Source of the DNA: Lama guanicoe
Taxonomy: Eukaryota
Direction of reading: 5' to 3'
NCBI GenBank assembly: GCA_013239625.1
Contig: MU056000.1
Span: 8,285,214 to 8,349,213, forward strand
DNA: 64,000 bases
Shown: piece by piece, positions 40,760-53,439 of the stretch
Layout of the letters: each line of letters starts with the position of its first letter
Numbering within the stretch: the stretch's first letter is position 1
Translations under genes and position numbers: made by a program
Notes under the pieces: generated by a model
What the model was told of the DNA's origin: nothing
Databases searched by the model: none
The model's input: only the letters and a program-made list of their open reading frames with translations

Positions 40760-41450
40760 TATTTAAGGGAAAAATGGGAGAAAATGAGCCAGTGATTGAA
40801 ATAAGAAGAATTTTAGAAAAGAGAACAAGAAAACCGGTGCTAGAAAATTCAGGATGAAAACAGTTTCCTACATGCGCGGCCCAGAGCATCACATGCTATG
40901 AAGATGTCAATAGGTTAAGAAACCAAAAGAGGCTATTATCTTGGCAACCTGAAGCCCACGACCTTTAGGGCAATTTTAATGTCATATTGTGGGCAGAAGA
41001 TTTAGCCAGTTGGTTGAAAGATCAACAGGAAATGAGGAACAAGAGGCAAAGGGCATACAGTACCCTTTCAAGGCATCTGATGGTGACAGCAAGGGAGGGA
41101 CAGCTTGGAAAGAGGGGGGAAAAGGGTCAGATTTCTTCCCCGTAAATCTAGGATGGAGGCAATGGTTTGGGCATGCTTTTAGGCGAAGAATGTGGAGCAG
41201 TGGGACGAGTGTTACTAACAATTTGAGAAGTAATAGGTTACGAAGATTCAGAAGAATGTGGACAGAAAAGAGTGGAGGCATGGTTAAACATCACGTTTAG
41301 GAAGAGGCATCACCCCCGAGAAAGGGGTAACGGTTGGACAGAAGGGGCGAAACTGGAGTCTTCAAGGCACCTCCTGAGCACGAGGGAAACGAAAGAGGGG
41401 AGGAAGCCTGAGGGAGGCAGGGCACGGAGGGGCAGACCTGGGGCTCGCCA
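40760..41450 (-). mobile_element. L2 fragment
   Basis: Purine-rich segment with 'ttggcaacctgaag...gacctttagggcaatttt...gtgggcagaag...gaaatgaggaac'. Confidence 0.55.
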
Positions 41451-42486
41451 CAAGCTTGTTTATTGAACACTGAACTAATTCCACAGGCTTTTCAAGAGCC
41501 GAGATTGGCAGGATGGATCTCTCATCATTTCTGAAGGGACGTTAGGGATATTTCTGTTATTAATGTCTACAGTTCTCCAAATTGCTCCAAATTCTTTTCC
41601 AGCATTACCGCATCTCCTCAGCCACATCTCAGAACTCTAATAGGCACATCTCATTTCTAACATTCATTTTTGTTTGTTTGGTTTTACGACTGTCCTTTAG
41701 TAAATCAGCCCTTTACACTCCTCATAGGAGAGCGCTTACGTTCTCTTCTTATATGGTAGATAGGCTATTTTTTTTAACCCCTCGTTTCCAGAGTCCTTTT
41801 CAGTCTTGCCTTGCAGACCTGCTGCCTGGGACTGGGAGCGTCTCTCGGTTCTGTCAGCAGATCAGCTCCCAGCCCTCCCTAGTCCTCTACACCAGCCAGC
41901 TTTTCTGCCTGGGTTCTGAATTCCTCTTTCCTTTCCTTTACATCATAAATCAAAGCCCCTCCATTAACTTGAGGTCTTCTAGAAATGGGTTCAAATTCTT
42001 CATGTTTTAAAGCCCTTTCAGCATCAACAGTTTAATCCCAATGCATTCATGATTCTACTATCACTTGAATGGAGTTTTAGAGGAGATGAAAGAAAAACTG
42101 AGAAACACCTGCCCCTTAAATGAACACTACAAATGATCCATTGATATATAACCCATTTAGCCTGTATATTACGCTTCCAGTGGAAATGAAACACACACAC
42201 ATACATGCACACAAACTGTTTATAAAGTTAGCTATGGAATATTCTGTAGCTGTAACTACTGCCAGTTTCAAATCGATTTTTGCCCCAGGATCATTCTAAA
42301 GGAAATATCAGCTTTGTCTTCCCCTTCCTCCTGTTCTGGGATGAAATATCTATTAAAGTAGGAAGTAATTTTTGTGAAGGAGTATACCGCTTTGCCATAT
42401 CCACCCAGATAGAGGTTATAGCAGAGATTTCCTGTCCTCAGTAACTATGGAAATAAAAGTTTTACCAGAAAGAGAATATAGACCTG

Positions 42487-42537
42487 GGGTGGGAGAAGTT
42501 GCGCAAATGACTCATATACACCAATAAAAGGCAGTTG
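42487..42537. promoter_or_regulatory. Dense transcription-factor motif cluster (candidate enhancer/promoter)
   Basis: GGGTGGG (KLF/SP), TTGCGCAA (C/EBP, 42499-42506), TGACTCA (AP-1, 42508-42514), CCAAT (42521-42525) and CAGTTG within about 50 bp. Confidence 0.45.
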
Positions 42538-44223
42538 TGATCGTGCAGGCAACCTTCAGTGAGTTATTCCTACTTCCCTCCTGCTTATTTCCCACTCTCC
42601 GGTACAACTTGGCAAGCCACCTCTACCACTTGAGAAAGTGGAACTATCTTAATCAAAGAAAATCAAGTCCAATGTTCGAGTTTGGAAGACACTTCTGAAA
42701 CATTATCAACTGTGTCATCTTGGCAACCAGCTGGAGGGCAACCATTTGGAGCAGATCTATTTATCAATACACACAGAGAGCAAGCTTAAGACTTGCACAT
42801 TGGTGCTGAATGGAGCATGAAGAAAGCGCAGGGGAGACCACATAAATATTAAGCAATGACCTTCTGTTTGGAAGTTGGAGGCAATTCCTCACATGGACTT
42901 TTATGCATTTAGAATTTATTTCTCTGGGTTCCAAGGTGCAGGCAGATTGCACAAGGAATAAATAATATCATGATCCAGAAAACCATGCGGGAAGAAAGGG
43001 CTACTGGGAGAAAAAGGAGTCACTACCTCAAATAGATTGGCAATTTCAGAATAACAATACAGCCATTTCATTTCGGAGCTGAAAAGTTTTAAAAGAAAAA
43101 CAACACCTTCAAAATACAATCATGACCTTGGAAAATATACACTTTTTTTTAATATTTCTAAGTGCCCTCTGAATATTTAAATAACTAATAGAGGAAAAGT
43201 GTATGTCCCCGAGTAGACTGAGCTCTTGCCAATGAACCATTCTAATAGAACACACAACTCAGGGGTATAGAGATGTATTAAAAGACTGTCTTGCTAACAG
43301 CTCCCTGGAAAAAATGAATGCAGATGCCCAAAGCAGTTGAAAAGTTGGCTTTTGCTCAAACATAATGTGCATCAGAAATATTTTCATCTTGAGAATATGC
43401 ATATCAATACCTAGCTCTTAATTTTCCCCCAACTACCTTTCCTTCAAATTTTTATGAGACAAGTTGCTCTTATTTGAATTGCTTCTTATTTGTTTATGAA
43501 AATCTCTTAGTATAGAATTCCAGCTCTTTAGCCTCAGAACGACCTACTCCAAATTGGCACACACCAATATTCCGCAGTATCAATTTCTAACTCACACGAA
43601 TGTCTCAGCCCTTATTTTGAAAATTACAATAATGATCTTTATATTCTGTTAACAATATAAAAAATGATATACGTTAAAGACCAGCCCAACCATCTATTCA
43701 CCAAATAATAACTTTTAATAAAATACACACGTTTTGGGTTTTTTTTTAAATTATTATCTATGATTCATTTTCCAAACCTACTTTGGTTTCTCCTCTCTCC
43801 ATTCAAAAGTTACCAAAACATATTATCCTGAAACTGGAGGAGACGTTAGAGATTATCTAATCGAAAGCCTCACTTTTTAGGTAAAGACATTGGGGCCCAG
43901 AGAAGCAACATATAGAAGGATATAGGTTAATCTGCTTAAGAAAAGTAATACTTTATAACAAGTTATCAGTAAAACCTAATGTAAAGAACTAGTCTCCAAA
44001 GTCTTTGATTTTAATGGAAAAAGATAATAGCCTCTTCCATTCTCTCTTTTTTTTTTAAGTCAAATGAATCAGTTCCAGACTTTTAAAAGTTTTGTTAATA
44101 TATTCTGAGAACTTTAGATTAGATGAGGGGATGCTGTTTTGCCCCTCCTGAAGACTAATTGCTCACGTCCAGGCTTGGCTGTGGCATATCTCTTCTCTAT
44201 GGGCCTATAAAGAATCTGCCTCC

Positions 44224-44887
44224 CGTTCCTTAAAAAACTAGTTACCATGTGATCCAGCAATACTCCTCCCAGACACATCCAGGAAAGATGAAAGTTCTGA
44301 TTCGAAAAGATACATGTACCCCATTGTTCATAGTGGCACTATTTATTCCACCAAAATGTGGAAGCAACCTACATGTCTATCAACAGATGACTGGAGAAAG
44401 TAGCTGTGGTATATATAAATGATAGAATACTACTCAGCCATTAAAAAGAATGAAAGAATGCCACTGCAGCAACATGGATGGACCTAAAGATCATCATATC
44501 AAGTGAAGTCAGACAGAGAAAGACAAATAACATGTGATACCACTTATATGTGAAATCTAAAAAATAGTACAAATGAACTTATTTACAGAATAGGACGAGA
44601 CTCACAGACATAGAAAGCAAACTTATGCTTACCAATGTGGAAAAGGGGGAGAGGTGAGAGCTAAATTATGAGTTCAGGATTAGCAAATACAAACTACTGT
44701 ATATAAAATGGATAAACAACAAAGTCCTACTGTACAGCACAGGGAACTACAGTCAATAGCTTGTAATAAACTATAATGGAAAAGAATCAAAGAAAGAATA
44801 TATATATATATATATACCTGAAAATAACACAATATTGTAAACCAACTATACTTCAATTTAAAAAATGATAGTAAAAAATTTTTTTAA
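44224..44887 (+). mobile_element. 5'-truncated LINE-1 3' end with TSD
   Basis: 'gaatactactcagccattaaaaagaatgaaagaatgcc' and 'ctgtacagcacagggaactac'; TSD aaagaatctgcctcc (44209-44223) and aaagaatatgcctcc (44888-44902). Confidence 0.95.
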
Positions 44888-45466
44888 AAAGAATATGCCT
44901 CCAGACTAAGTAATCCATTCCTAAAAGTTCTGCCAAGGGTTCTGTCGCTAGAGAATCCAGTCCCTCAGAAAGTTAGCAATGCTTATCTTTGGTATTTTAT
45001 ATTATGTTTCCTAATCTTTCATTTATGCCTTAATCCTACTGTCAATTCAAAAAACATTAGCAAGCAGCACCAGCACTAAGGCACAATTGCTACTCTTCCA
45101 ACAGACTGGATGCCTTAATTCTCATTGTTAGCTCAGCACAAGCCCTGAAGTTTTCTGAATCCCATTTAATTGTCCAATTCTAGAGTGTCCCTTTGAATCA
45201 CAAGTATGCTCCCTGGAAAAAAGTCATTACGTGCACACCAACTGTGTCTATAACTGAACAGAACACGGGTGCCCACTACTCTCTTTCTAGTAACCCCAAT
45301 TTCGGAACAAGGCTAGCTAGATTCTTACTGCTTCATAAAAAAGCATTCCATAACTGAGGACAATTCAACTATCCTTCTGGTTTTGGCCAATCATTTCCAT
45401 TGGAACTGAAAAGAACTAACTTGAGAACTCAAAGAGACAGGACATCTCAGTACAAACCGTCTTCGT

Positions 45467-45684
45467 CAGTGGCTTTCCAAAGGGGGCGGTTCTGCCTCCA
45501 AGGAGTATCTGATGATGTCGAGGGATGTCTTTGATAGTTCAAACTGGGGCGAGGAAGTGCTGCCTGATGCCACATAGTCATCTAGTGGGAGAGGCCAGCA
45601 ATGCCACTGAACATCCTGCAAAGCACAGGACAGCACACACGGCAAGGACGTCCGAAACATCAGAAGCCAGGGGCGAGAGCCCTG
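45467..45684 (+). mobile_element. MER20 (hAT-Charlie) DNA transposon
   Basis: 'cagtggctttccaaagggggcggttctgcc...catctagtgggagaggccagcaatgccactgaacatcctgcaaagcacaggacagc...gagagccctg'. Confidence 0.85.
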
Positions 45685-45689
45685 CCCTG

Positions 45690-45843
45690 AGTTCTCGCCG
45701 CTGAGTGTTGTCCTCATATCGGCAGCTTTGCGCTCTTCTAGGAGCTTCTTAGGAACTCGAGTCCCACCACAGGCTACTCAATCAGTCTACGTTAGCAAGC
45801 TCACAAGGTGACTCAGGCAGATTGTGAAGCTTGAGAAGCACGG
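45690..45843. mobile_element. MER5A-like hAT element abutting MER20
   Basis: 'ggagcttcttaggaa...ccacaggctactcaatcag...caagctcacaaggtgactc...aagcttgagaagcacgg'. Confidence 0.6.
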
Positions 45844-46829
45844 ATAATACAATACTTAGTCAGTCCTTAAGTGCTTTAAAACATCATCTGTCTTGTAGCC
45901 CAAAAGAATACCTTGAACTTAAATAATGGGCTTGCTGTGACAGCATCCTGGCTTTAACACAGTATTACCATAGTTATCTCTAGTTCCACTGGACATTAGT
46001 AATTGTTACACACACCAAAAACCCATTGCTCAATAGTATGAAAAGTTCTAAGAGAGCAAACTTAAATGTACTGGAATGTCTAATAGGCTAATGCACCTTA
46101 ATCACCTCCAAGAAAGCGCTGCCATAGGTACCATTTCCCCAAATTACTTAACTATGGGATCTGTTTTCCCTCGGAGCATTTAATAGACCTGAGGTTTTGC
46201 AGAACACATTTTCTTTTTCTCAGCATGGGAACTGAAGAGAAACTGATTAAAGTTCAGATCTCTCTCAATAGAGTCTTGAATTAGTTATTACCTAAGATAC
46301 TACATGTTGCTTCAACAAAAGACAAAACTCAAGGAGAATCTCTTGGGTCCTGTTGCAGGTTGAAAGGACAAACAAACCTGAAGGCGAAATCTCCTTGTTC
46401 AGAAAACGTATTACAAAGACGCATGCTTCTCTCAAATTATCTGACTGCTCTAGTGATATAATTTCTTCAGAATGTAACAGAAAAAAAAATCATTTCACAA
46501 GCAATTCTTGGGCACAAATTGCAAACTAGAAGGTAAAAAAACTTAAGTAATTGCATGCCAATGGTGACTTATTATGCACATAAATTATGTGGAGTCACAG
46601 ACTGTCTCTTTTCATCATTAATGTTATTAAGGTTTATTTAAGATTCACTTAATGAATAGAACCACTATACCTTTGCAAAAACCATGGACATTTCCTTAGC
46701 AATTAACAATCCCTTATGTATGCAACAGACTAAGTCTGAACCCCTGGCATTTAATATTGATATGCAGTTATCTATAAATAAACAGTGTCACACTACAGGG
46801 AAAAAAAAAAGCGTACCTTTATAACTATA

Positions 46830-47060
46830 AATAATGGTGAAAAGACAGAATCTGGAGTCACATATCTGGGTTCAAACCTCAACAGCTCCCCATATTAAGG
46901 TCTGAATTCCCCATGCCTGGCGTCCCTGGCCCCATAAAAGGACAGGGCTATACCTTCCTCATTAAACTCCTGCATGAATGTGGCAGGAGAGATACAGGCC
47001 TTGAGAGCACGGAGTCTTGTACATAACAAGGGATCACTCTGCCAGCAATTACTATCATTA
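46830..47060 (+). mobile_element. MIR SINE
   Basis: 'ataatggtgaaaagacagaatctggagtcacatatctgggttcaaacctc'. Confidence 0.65.
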
Positions 47061-48059
47061 CATTTAAAAAAATTGCATTTTTAAGGCTTCTTATCTACCC
47101 AGACATTGTTGGGTGAAAAACAATTGTTTCCATTTATCAAATTCATTCTCTTCAACAGAGCTCCTGAAGGAAAAAAGAGCCCGATCACCTCTGACAATCA
47201 GTGGTGAGATAAAGGGTTAATGAGGCAACTCCATCCTACTGGTCAGTGGAGCGAGACACGCCGGAGCCACAAGCTCTAAGCGCAACCCTGAACAGCACCT
47301 CCCTTTTACTAAGCGTCGCATTCACGCGGGATAAAAAGAACAAAATCAAGTGTCTACTATGAGGCGCACGGGGAGTTCAAGGCATTGGGCAGAGGTTTTT
47401 CTCAAGGGCTCCAAGTGCGTCTTTGAGGTCATTTTGAGTACAGGTGCTGGATTCTGGAGAAGGTGAGCCATTCTTCCCTTTCCAGATTCCACGTGAAATG
47501 ACTGAACAGTGTGATTCTTTCACAGAACAGTCAACAGAGAGGTACGTCTGCATGCTCTCCGACATTCTGCTCTAACGCGCACAACGTGAGAGGTCAGGGC
47601 ATACGCTGCAAACATCACTGGTCCAGGAACAAGGCGAGCCCACCTCCAACCTCAGTTCTGCTGTGCCTGTCCAGGTCCTATTAGAAAAGTCATTTAGTCT
47701 CGTTTGGCATCTGTTTCCTTCTCAGAACAAGAGTAAAAAGAAATGTTTTGTTTTGTTGTTTTGCTCCACTCACAAGGTTCTTGAAAGAATTCATTTAGGT
47801 AATATAAAATAATTCACATGTTTAAAACGATAAAGCTGTTCATTGATTCCATTACACTCCCTTTTCTTTATGGGGCATGACATAATCACATCTTTCTCTC
47901 ATAAGGCTGAAGGTGATTGCTGTTGGTTCTTCTCAGTGGATATTAAATTGTACTTGACATGGAAGATCAGGGAAAATTTGTCTCAAAAGTGAAAAAAAGA
48001 CACAAAGACTTGAAAACAACTGTGTACCCCAATTACACATAGTTAAAAGTCAAGGTACA

Positions 48060-48560
48060 GCTATTCACTGGAGATTGCTGGAGCATCATCGTGTGTCAGA
48101 TGCTGCCCAGGTGTTTGGACATCAGTGATGAAACTACAAAAACCCCTGTCCTCATGGAATTCAGATTCTAGCAGATGGAGGCAGAAAGTAAATAATGATT
48201 ATTATAACAAATTATATATTCTGTTGAAAGACGCTACTCGTGTATTTAAAAAAAAAAAGAATAGTAGAAGAGGGGATAGGAGATAGGGAGGCTGCAAGTG
48301 AAAACAGGACAGTCAAAGTGGTGTCCTAGGGACGGTGACACCGGCCTAAGAGCTGGAGGTAAGGAAGCCAGTCACGTGGACTTCTGAGGGATGAGCTTTC
48401 CAGGCAGAGGAAAGAGCAGTGCAAAGGCCCTGAGGTTAAGCAAAACTTGTGTGCCCAGGCCTGCAGTGGAGCTCAGCAAGGTGGGCGGAGCTGGGGCAGC
48501 CAAGAAGTGATAGGAGGCTGGCCATCACCGTCAGGTCCTAATGGAAGAGGAAGCAGGGTT
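48060..48560 (-). mobile_element. L2 3' fragment
   Basis: 'ccctgtcctcatggaattcagattctag' and 'ttccaggcagaggaaagagcagtgcaaaggccctgagg'. Confidence 0.8.
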
Positions 48561-50939
48561 CCCATGGGTGGGACCTTGGGGACAGAGTGCCCAGGTGCAG
48601 GCAATAAGGGTGCACTTCATCTGTGGAGAATTTAATGATAATAATAAACCATCTGGAATTCACTCTGCTTTTCTTTTACATCACGTGCCAGCACCTTGGA
48701 GTCATGTCACAGATAAAGTACTCCTCATCCCCTAAATTATCTGTTGGTCTAAGTTCTAAATAACGGCTGTGGTTACTGTGAAATTTTAACTGTGCGTATT
48801 ACATATAATGTAACTTCCTGCTATTAGTCAGCCCCTACAAGCTGGGGACTCAGCTGCGTGGATTCATTGCAGGGGGAAGTTTGCAATGACCTAGGACTGT
48901 TTGAACTTGTTTTGGTTGCAATTTGTGTCTCCAACTCTTGTGGTCCTACAGGGTCCTGCCTTCACAGTCAAAGTCAGGAGAGCACAGTGGTGATAAAAGC
49001 AAACAAACCGATCTTTGAGTTACAGTCTGTGTAAGGCTCTAGCATCTGACTTGTGTTTCAAATTTAAAACAACAAAACAGACTGCAGACCATAAGTGTAA
49101 TTGTGTGTGTGTCTGTGCAAATTTCAGTTCACACATGGACTATTTTACTAGTTTACAATAGTAACTTGAGAAAATTACTTGTAAATTCTTCTTCTGCTTG
49201 TATTATTATAACTTCCTATTAAAGTGTAATGTTATTTATTACTATGAGACACCAAAAAGTAACACATTTCTTTTCTAATTTTCTCCTCAAAAATGCACTC
49301 ATGTAACTAGGAAATAAGAAGCAATTACTAATTTCACTTTTATGTTATATTTCTTTGTTTTTCCCAGCCTGAATATATACACTAAGTACAATCAAAGAAA
49401 ACTTCAGTTTCACCTTTCCTCTGATCATTATTATTCATTTGACTTCATAATTGTCATTGAAAACAACTTTTTGTCTAGAGAAGAGAAAGTTAAAAAATGA
49501 GCCCCTCCAGGTGTCAAATACACAAGGAAGCCAGTGACTGGAAGCAGCCCTTGGTTTTGTTACTTAAATATTCAGTGCACAGAGTACAAGAGAATTCCTT
49601 AGTCTAGAGGCCAACTGTATTACTTCCGGCCATCTTCTCCACAGTGGGAAAGGGTCGTTAATAGTTCAATCAATAAATGGATCAATAAGAAGTGAGAACA
49701 ACCCAGGTAACAGGATGCGAAAAGCGGACGCGAACACATGACGCCAGATATGGGACGTTGATACCAGCGAGTCACTTTGTGTAATCTGTACGGCAATAAA
49801 GTAATTTATTTTCTTGCTTTAACTACCTAGAACACGTAGACAACAGTAATCGATACTTCGAACTACAGAGACAATTACATCGTGTGAGTGATATCCAGAA
49901 ATGCCCTCGCCTTTTTTTTTTTAAATTCTGCTGGTTTTATAAATACATAATAACAGAGGAAATCAGTCGTGATTGCCCACCACTGTATTGGCCCTTCATG
50001 AGTAAAGTTAGACAACTGATACCTGTCACCTTTAAATCAAACTGAGGATAAATATTAAAAGATTCGCCAAACTCATTTTAATGGATACTTTCAAGTAGAG
50101 GAATGAGAGAAGTGATTTAGTTCGATGGCAAGAAACCTTCTTGTTGTAAAGCCATCAAGAAGCAAATTATTAATCTTCTCTGATATACAAACTGCAAACT
50201 ATAATGACTCCATCCACATATTTATCACATCATGGCCCCCTGGGTAGGGCACAGGTGTGCATAACACAAAACGATATCCCTGGAATTTTGCTCATCTTCA
50301 CAGCACTTTTGAAGACACTAAAATCATTTTCTGTAGTTATCTCTGTGAAATTAAACCAAGCATTAACCATTCTTTCTTGAGATATCTGAAGATGTCAATA
50401 ATCATTGTACGGGGACTCGCTCAGTGCAATGATTAAGAAACGGTCAACAGCCCTTCCAGACACATCTTCTGTATTATGTGTTCAATTGTAGTTTTTCTTT
50501 TCTTTTCAGAAATAGAAAAATAAAAATTTACTGTGTTTACTGATCATCTAAGTATTATCTCCTTACTATAAAATATTCAGAAAAATAACATTAGGAAGAA
50601 AATACTTACCATATCTTATGAAAATAACATAGTAAAACTTCATCTGTACTTGTACTTATCATTTTATAAAAATTAACAATGTTCGAATTTTTAAAAAATA
50701 GGATAATAATATTATTTGTTTAGTTTCATAATCTGCTTTTGGAAAATGAAAGAGCCCTATTTTCCACAACTCTTCTTGTCCATATGCATAAATGCATAAT
50801 ACAGTATTTATCAATATACTATATTTTATTTCACCAGTTAGCCCTGAAGGATTTCTTGTCTTCCCTTCCTTTCCCTTCCCTCCTTTTTCTCAGTTCTCTC
50901 CTCTCCTCCCACTCTGCCTTTTTTTCAAGCATGATTACA

Positions 50940-51175
50940 ATCAACTGAGCACTTACTAAGTGATGTCCCAGCTTCCGTGTTCAGAATTTTACGTCTATAA
51001 TCAAAGTTCTCCTCAAAACTTTCTGAGTCAGCACTACTAATGCACCCATTTTACAGATAATGACAATTGAGAACGGGAGAGCTAGAGGAATTGCCCAAGG
51101 TCATCAGAACAGAAGAGGGCAAAGCTGAGACCCAAATCCAGGGGCATCAGTTTCTACAGCCCTCCCTTAACCGTT
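50940..51175 (-). mobile_element. MIR SINE
   Basis: 'ctgagcacttacta...cccattttacagataatgacaattgag...ttgcccaaggtcat'. Confidence 0.8.
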
Positions 51176-51699
51176 TCCCTGAAACAGACCCTGAAACACA
51201 TATTCTTAAGTATGAGGCTCATTCGCTTGCCTGCACATTTTTCTTAGAATAAACGTCTAGCAGTGAAACTATTTATGTGCGTATTTAAAACTTGTGACAC
51301 TTATTTTCAGACGATCTTCAGTTCATATTGCACAAAAGATGCATGAAAATTTTTAGCATTCTACTTCCTGGGACCCAATTTTGTTTATTCAATATTCAGT
51401 AACATTTTTTTGGTTCAGTTTGTCTTTTGGGGTGTTCCGATATGCTAAGGTGAGAATATTCTCCCCCACCCCAGGCTTCCTGGGCACCAGCAGGACAAGC
51501 CACTGAGCCGCCTTCCCGGGGATGTCTGAGCAGAGTGAGCGTCCCTAACCTGCCTGAGCTCCTACTGCAGCCAAACCGCAGGTGCAGACAGTGCGCCCTG
51601 GTCCCGGGTGCTGTCCTTCAGTGCTCACAAAGCTGGTGACACTTGGGGTCTCTTGGGCCCCCACGCACCTGGGGTGCTCTCCTCCTTAGAACTGACCAT

Positions 51700-52985
51700 C
51701 TCTCTGATCTGCCTCCCGGTATCTCCTGGATGCCAGCGCAGCGCAGTGTGTGCCCAGATCACAGCCAAGGGCATCCTCGTAAAATCAGCCTTCTCCTGTC
51801 CTGTCTTCTATTCCACTTCAGCCTTCTATTCTTCCGGCACTTCCAGTCCATTATGTCTAGTAAAATCATTCCGATACTCATAGGCCACTCGACCTGTGGT
51901 GGCCTCCCCACTACCGTCACCGCTTCTGCCCGTCCAGTGATCTCTAGGGCTCCTCACTCCCGTTGCTCCTCAGATGAACTCCAGGCTGTACTAAAAACCT
52001 CCGCCAGCTCTCCTCAAGGACCTCTAACTCCTTTGTCCATTTTCCTTTTATTACTAGTCTGGCAAAACATCCAATGAGGCTGTCCGCCTTCTCCATGTCT
52101 GAGTTCCAACTCAATGATTCCTGCTGGAAAAATAGCCCAACCGCACAGACTGCCGGTCCTGAGACGCCACGCCGCGGGCAACCCAACCTCACCTCTCCCC
52201 GCAGCACTTCTGAGTCCCTGGTCTCCGGCCCGCTCCGCGCCACCCACCACCCCGCCCACGGCAGCCTGGCCTCCACGTGAGCCCCTCTGCATGCCACACC
52301 AGCTTTCTGCTCAGCAGTGATGCTCTGACATCACCTCCCCTGTAAGACCGAAACCATCTTCCCCCTGGTTTCCAGGACACCTCACTCTTCTGTATGCTTT
52401 TCTTCCCTTTCTAACTAGACTTTCTGGGTTTCTCTGTCTGGTCCAGAACTGCTGGGGAGCCCCAGGGCGCTGCACGAGGGCTGTGCTAACTCTTCCTTCT
52501 GTCCCTTGACAGTCTCTCCTCACGTCTTTTCCATCACTAGCTGCTTGCTTGATGTCTCAGTTCTCCCCATCCAGGCACTCTTGCTCCTGATTCTAGGGCT
52601 ATGCGCTGTTATTTGCCTATTTCCTTAAAAGTCCAGGTTTCTGTCTTCACTACCTGGATAAAATATAGCTGTGTTCACAAACAGACGCAGGAAGAGGAGC
52701 TGGCATGCTTGGCTGCATCCTCCTTAACCTTCAGATCTTAGCTCAGATACTGTTTTCTCTGGGAAATCTTCTGGAAGTGCTAAATCTGAATTAATCATCC
52801 TCCAGCACCCTGAATTTCTACCACAGCACGTAGCACCCTGCATTATCATTTCTTAAGATTTTTTCGTCTCTCGCAGTTAACTGTAAACCGGCTCCAGGAG
52901 GGCAGCGAAAGCACTGACTGTTTTCCACACGGTATCTGCAACACTACACAGTGCACACAGCAGTGAGATGCACTGAACTGGATGG
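51700..52985 (+). mobile_element. Long L2 fragment, locally GC/CpG-rich
   Basis: Pyrimidine-rich L2 body ('ttccccctggtttccaggacacctcactct', 'ccttcagatcttagctcagatac', 'ctgtaaaccggctccaggagggcag') ending in a tgaa-like tail. Confidence 0.6.
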
Positions 52986-53439
52986 AATCAGACTCTGCCT
53001 GGGTTTTCTCTCCATACACAGGCCACCAAGGCTGGCAGTTTTGTCCTGCCCTGGTGATCTCCACGCCTCAGCTGTCACCTTGTAGGGATGGCTGCACAAA
53101 CATCTTCCTCAAAAGTGCCTTTCTCCAAGTTTATCAGTTCTTGCTAATTGATGCCAATGAAGCCACTGACCCATTCATTTTTGAGAAGAGGGATCTGCAG
53201 ACCCACCTGGGTTCAGCTTTACACCTTGCTACACTTTGGAATGATTATTTCTCCCAAGTTATTTAGATTTATTTAGCATATTGAAATCTTTAATGAACCT
53301 GGAATTTCTCTCCCTAGAAAGTAAACATATATATACATTCCCAGGGGGTTAGTTACCCTGGCACTATGTATTGAATTCTTTCAATATTCTCCCACGATCT
53401 AAAGTTTCAACTCTACCGCACAGTAAAATCTCCTGGTGT

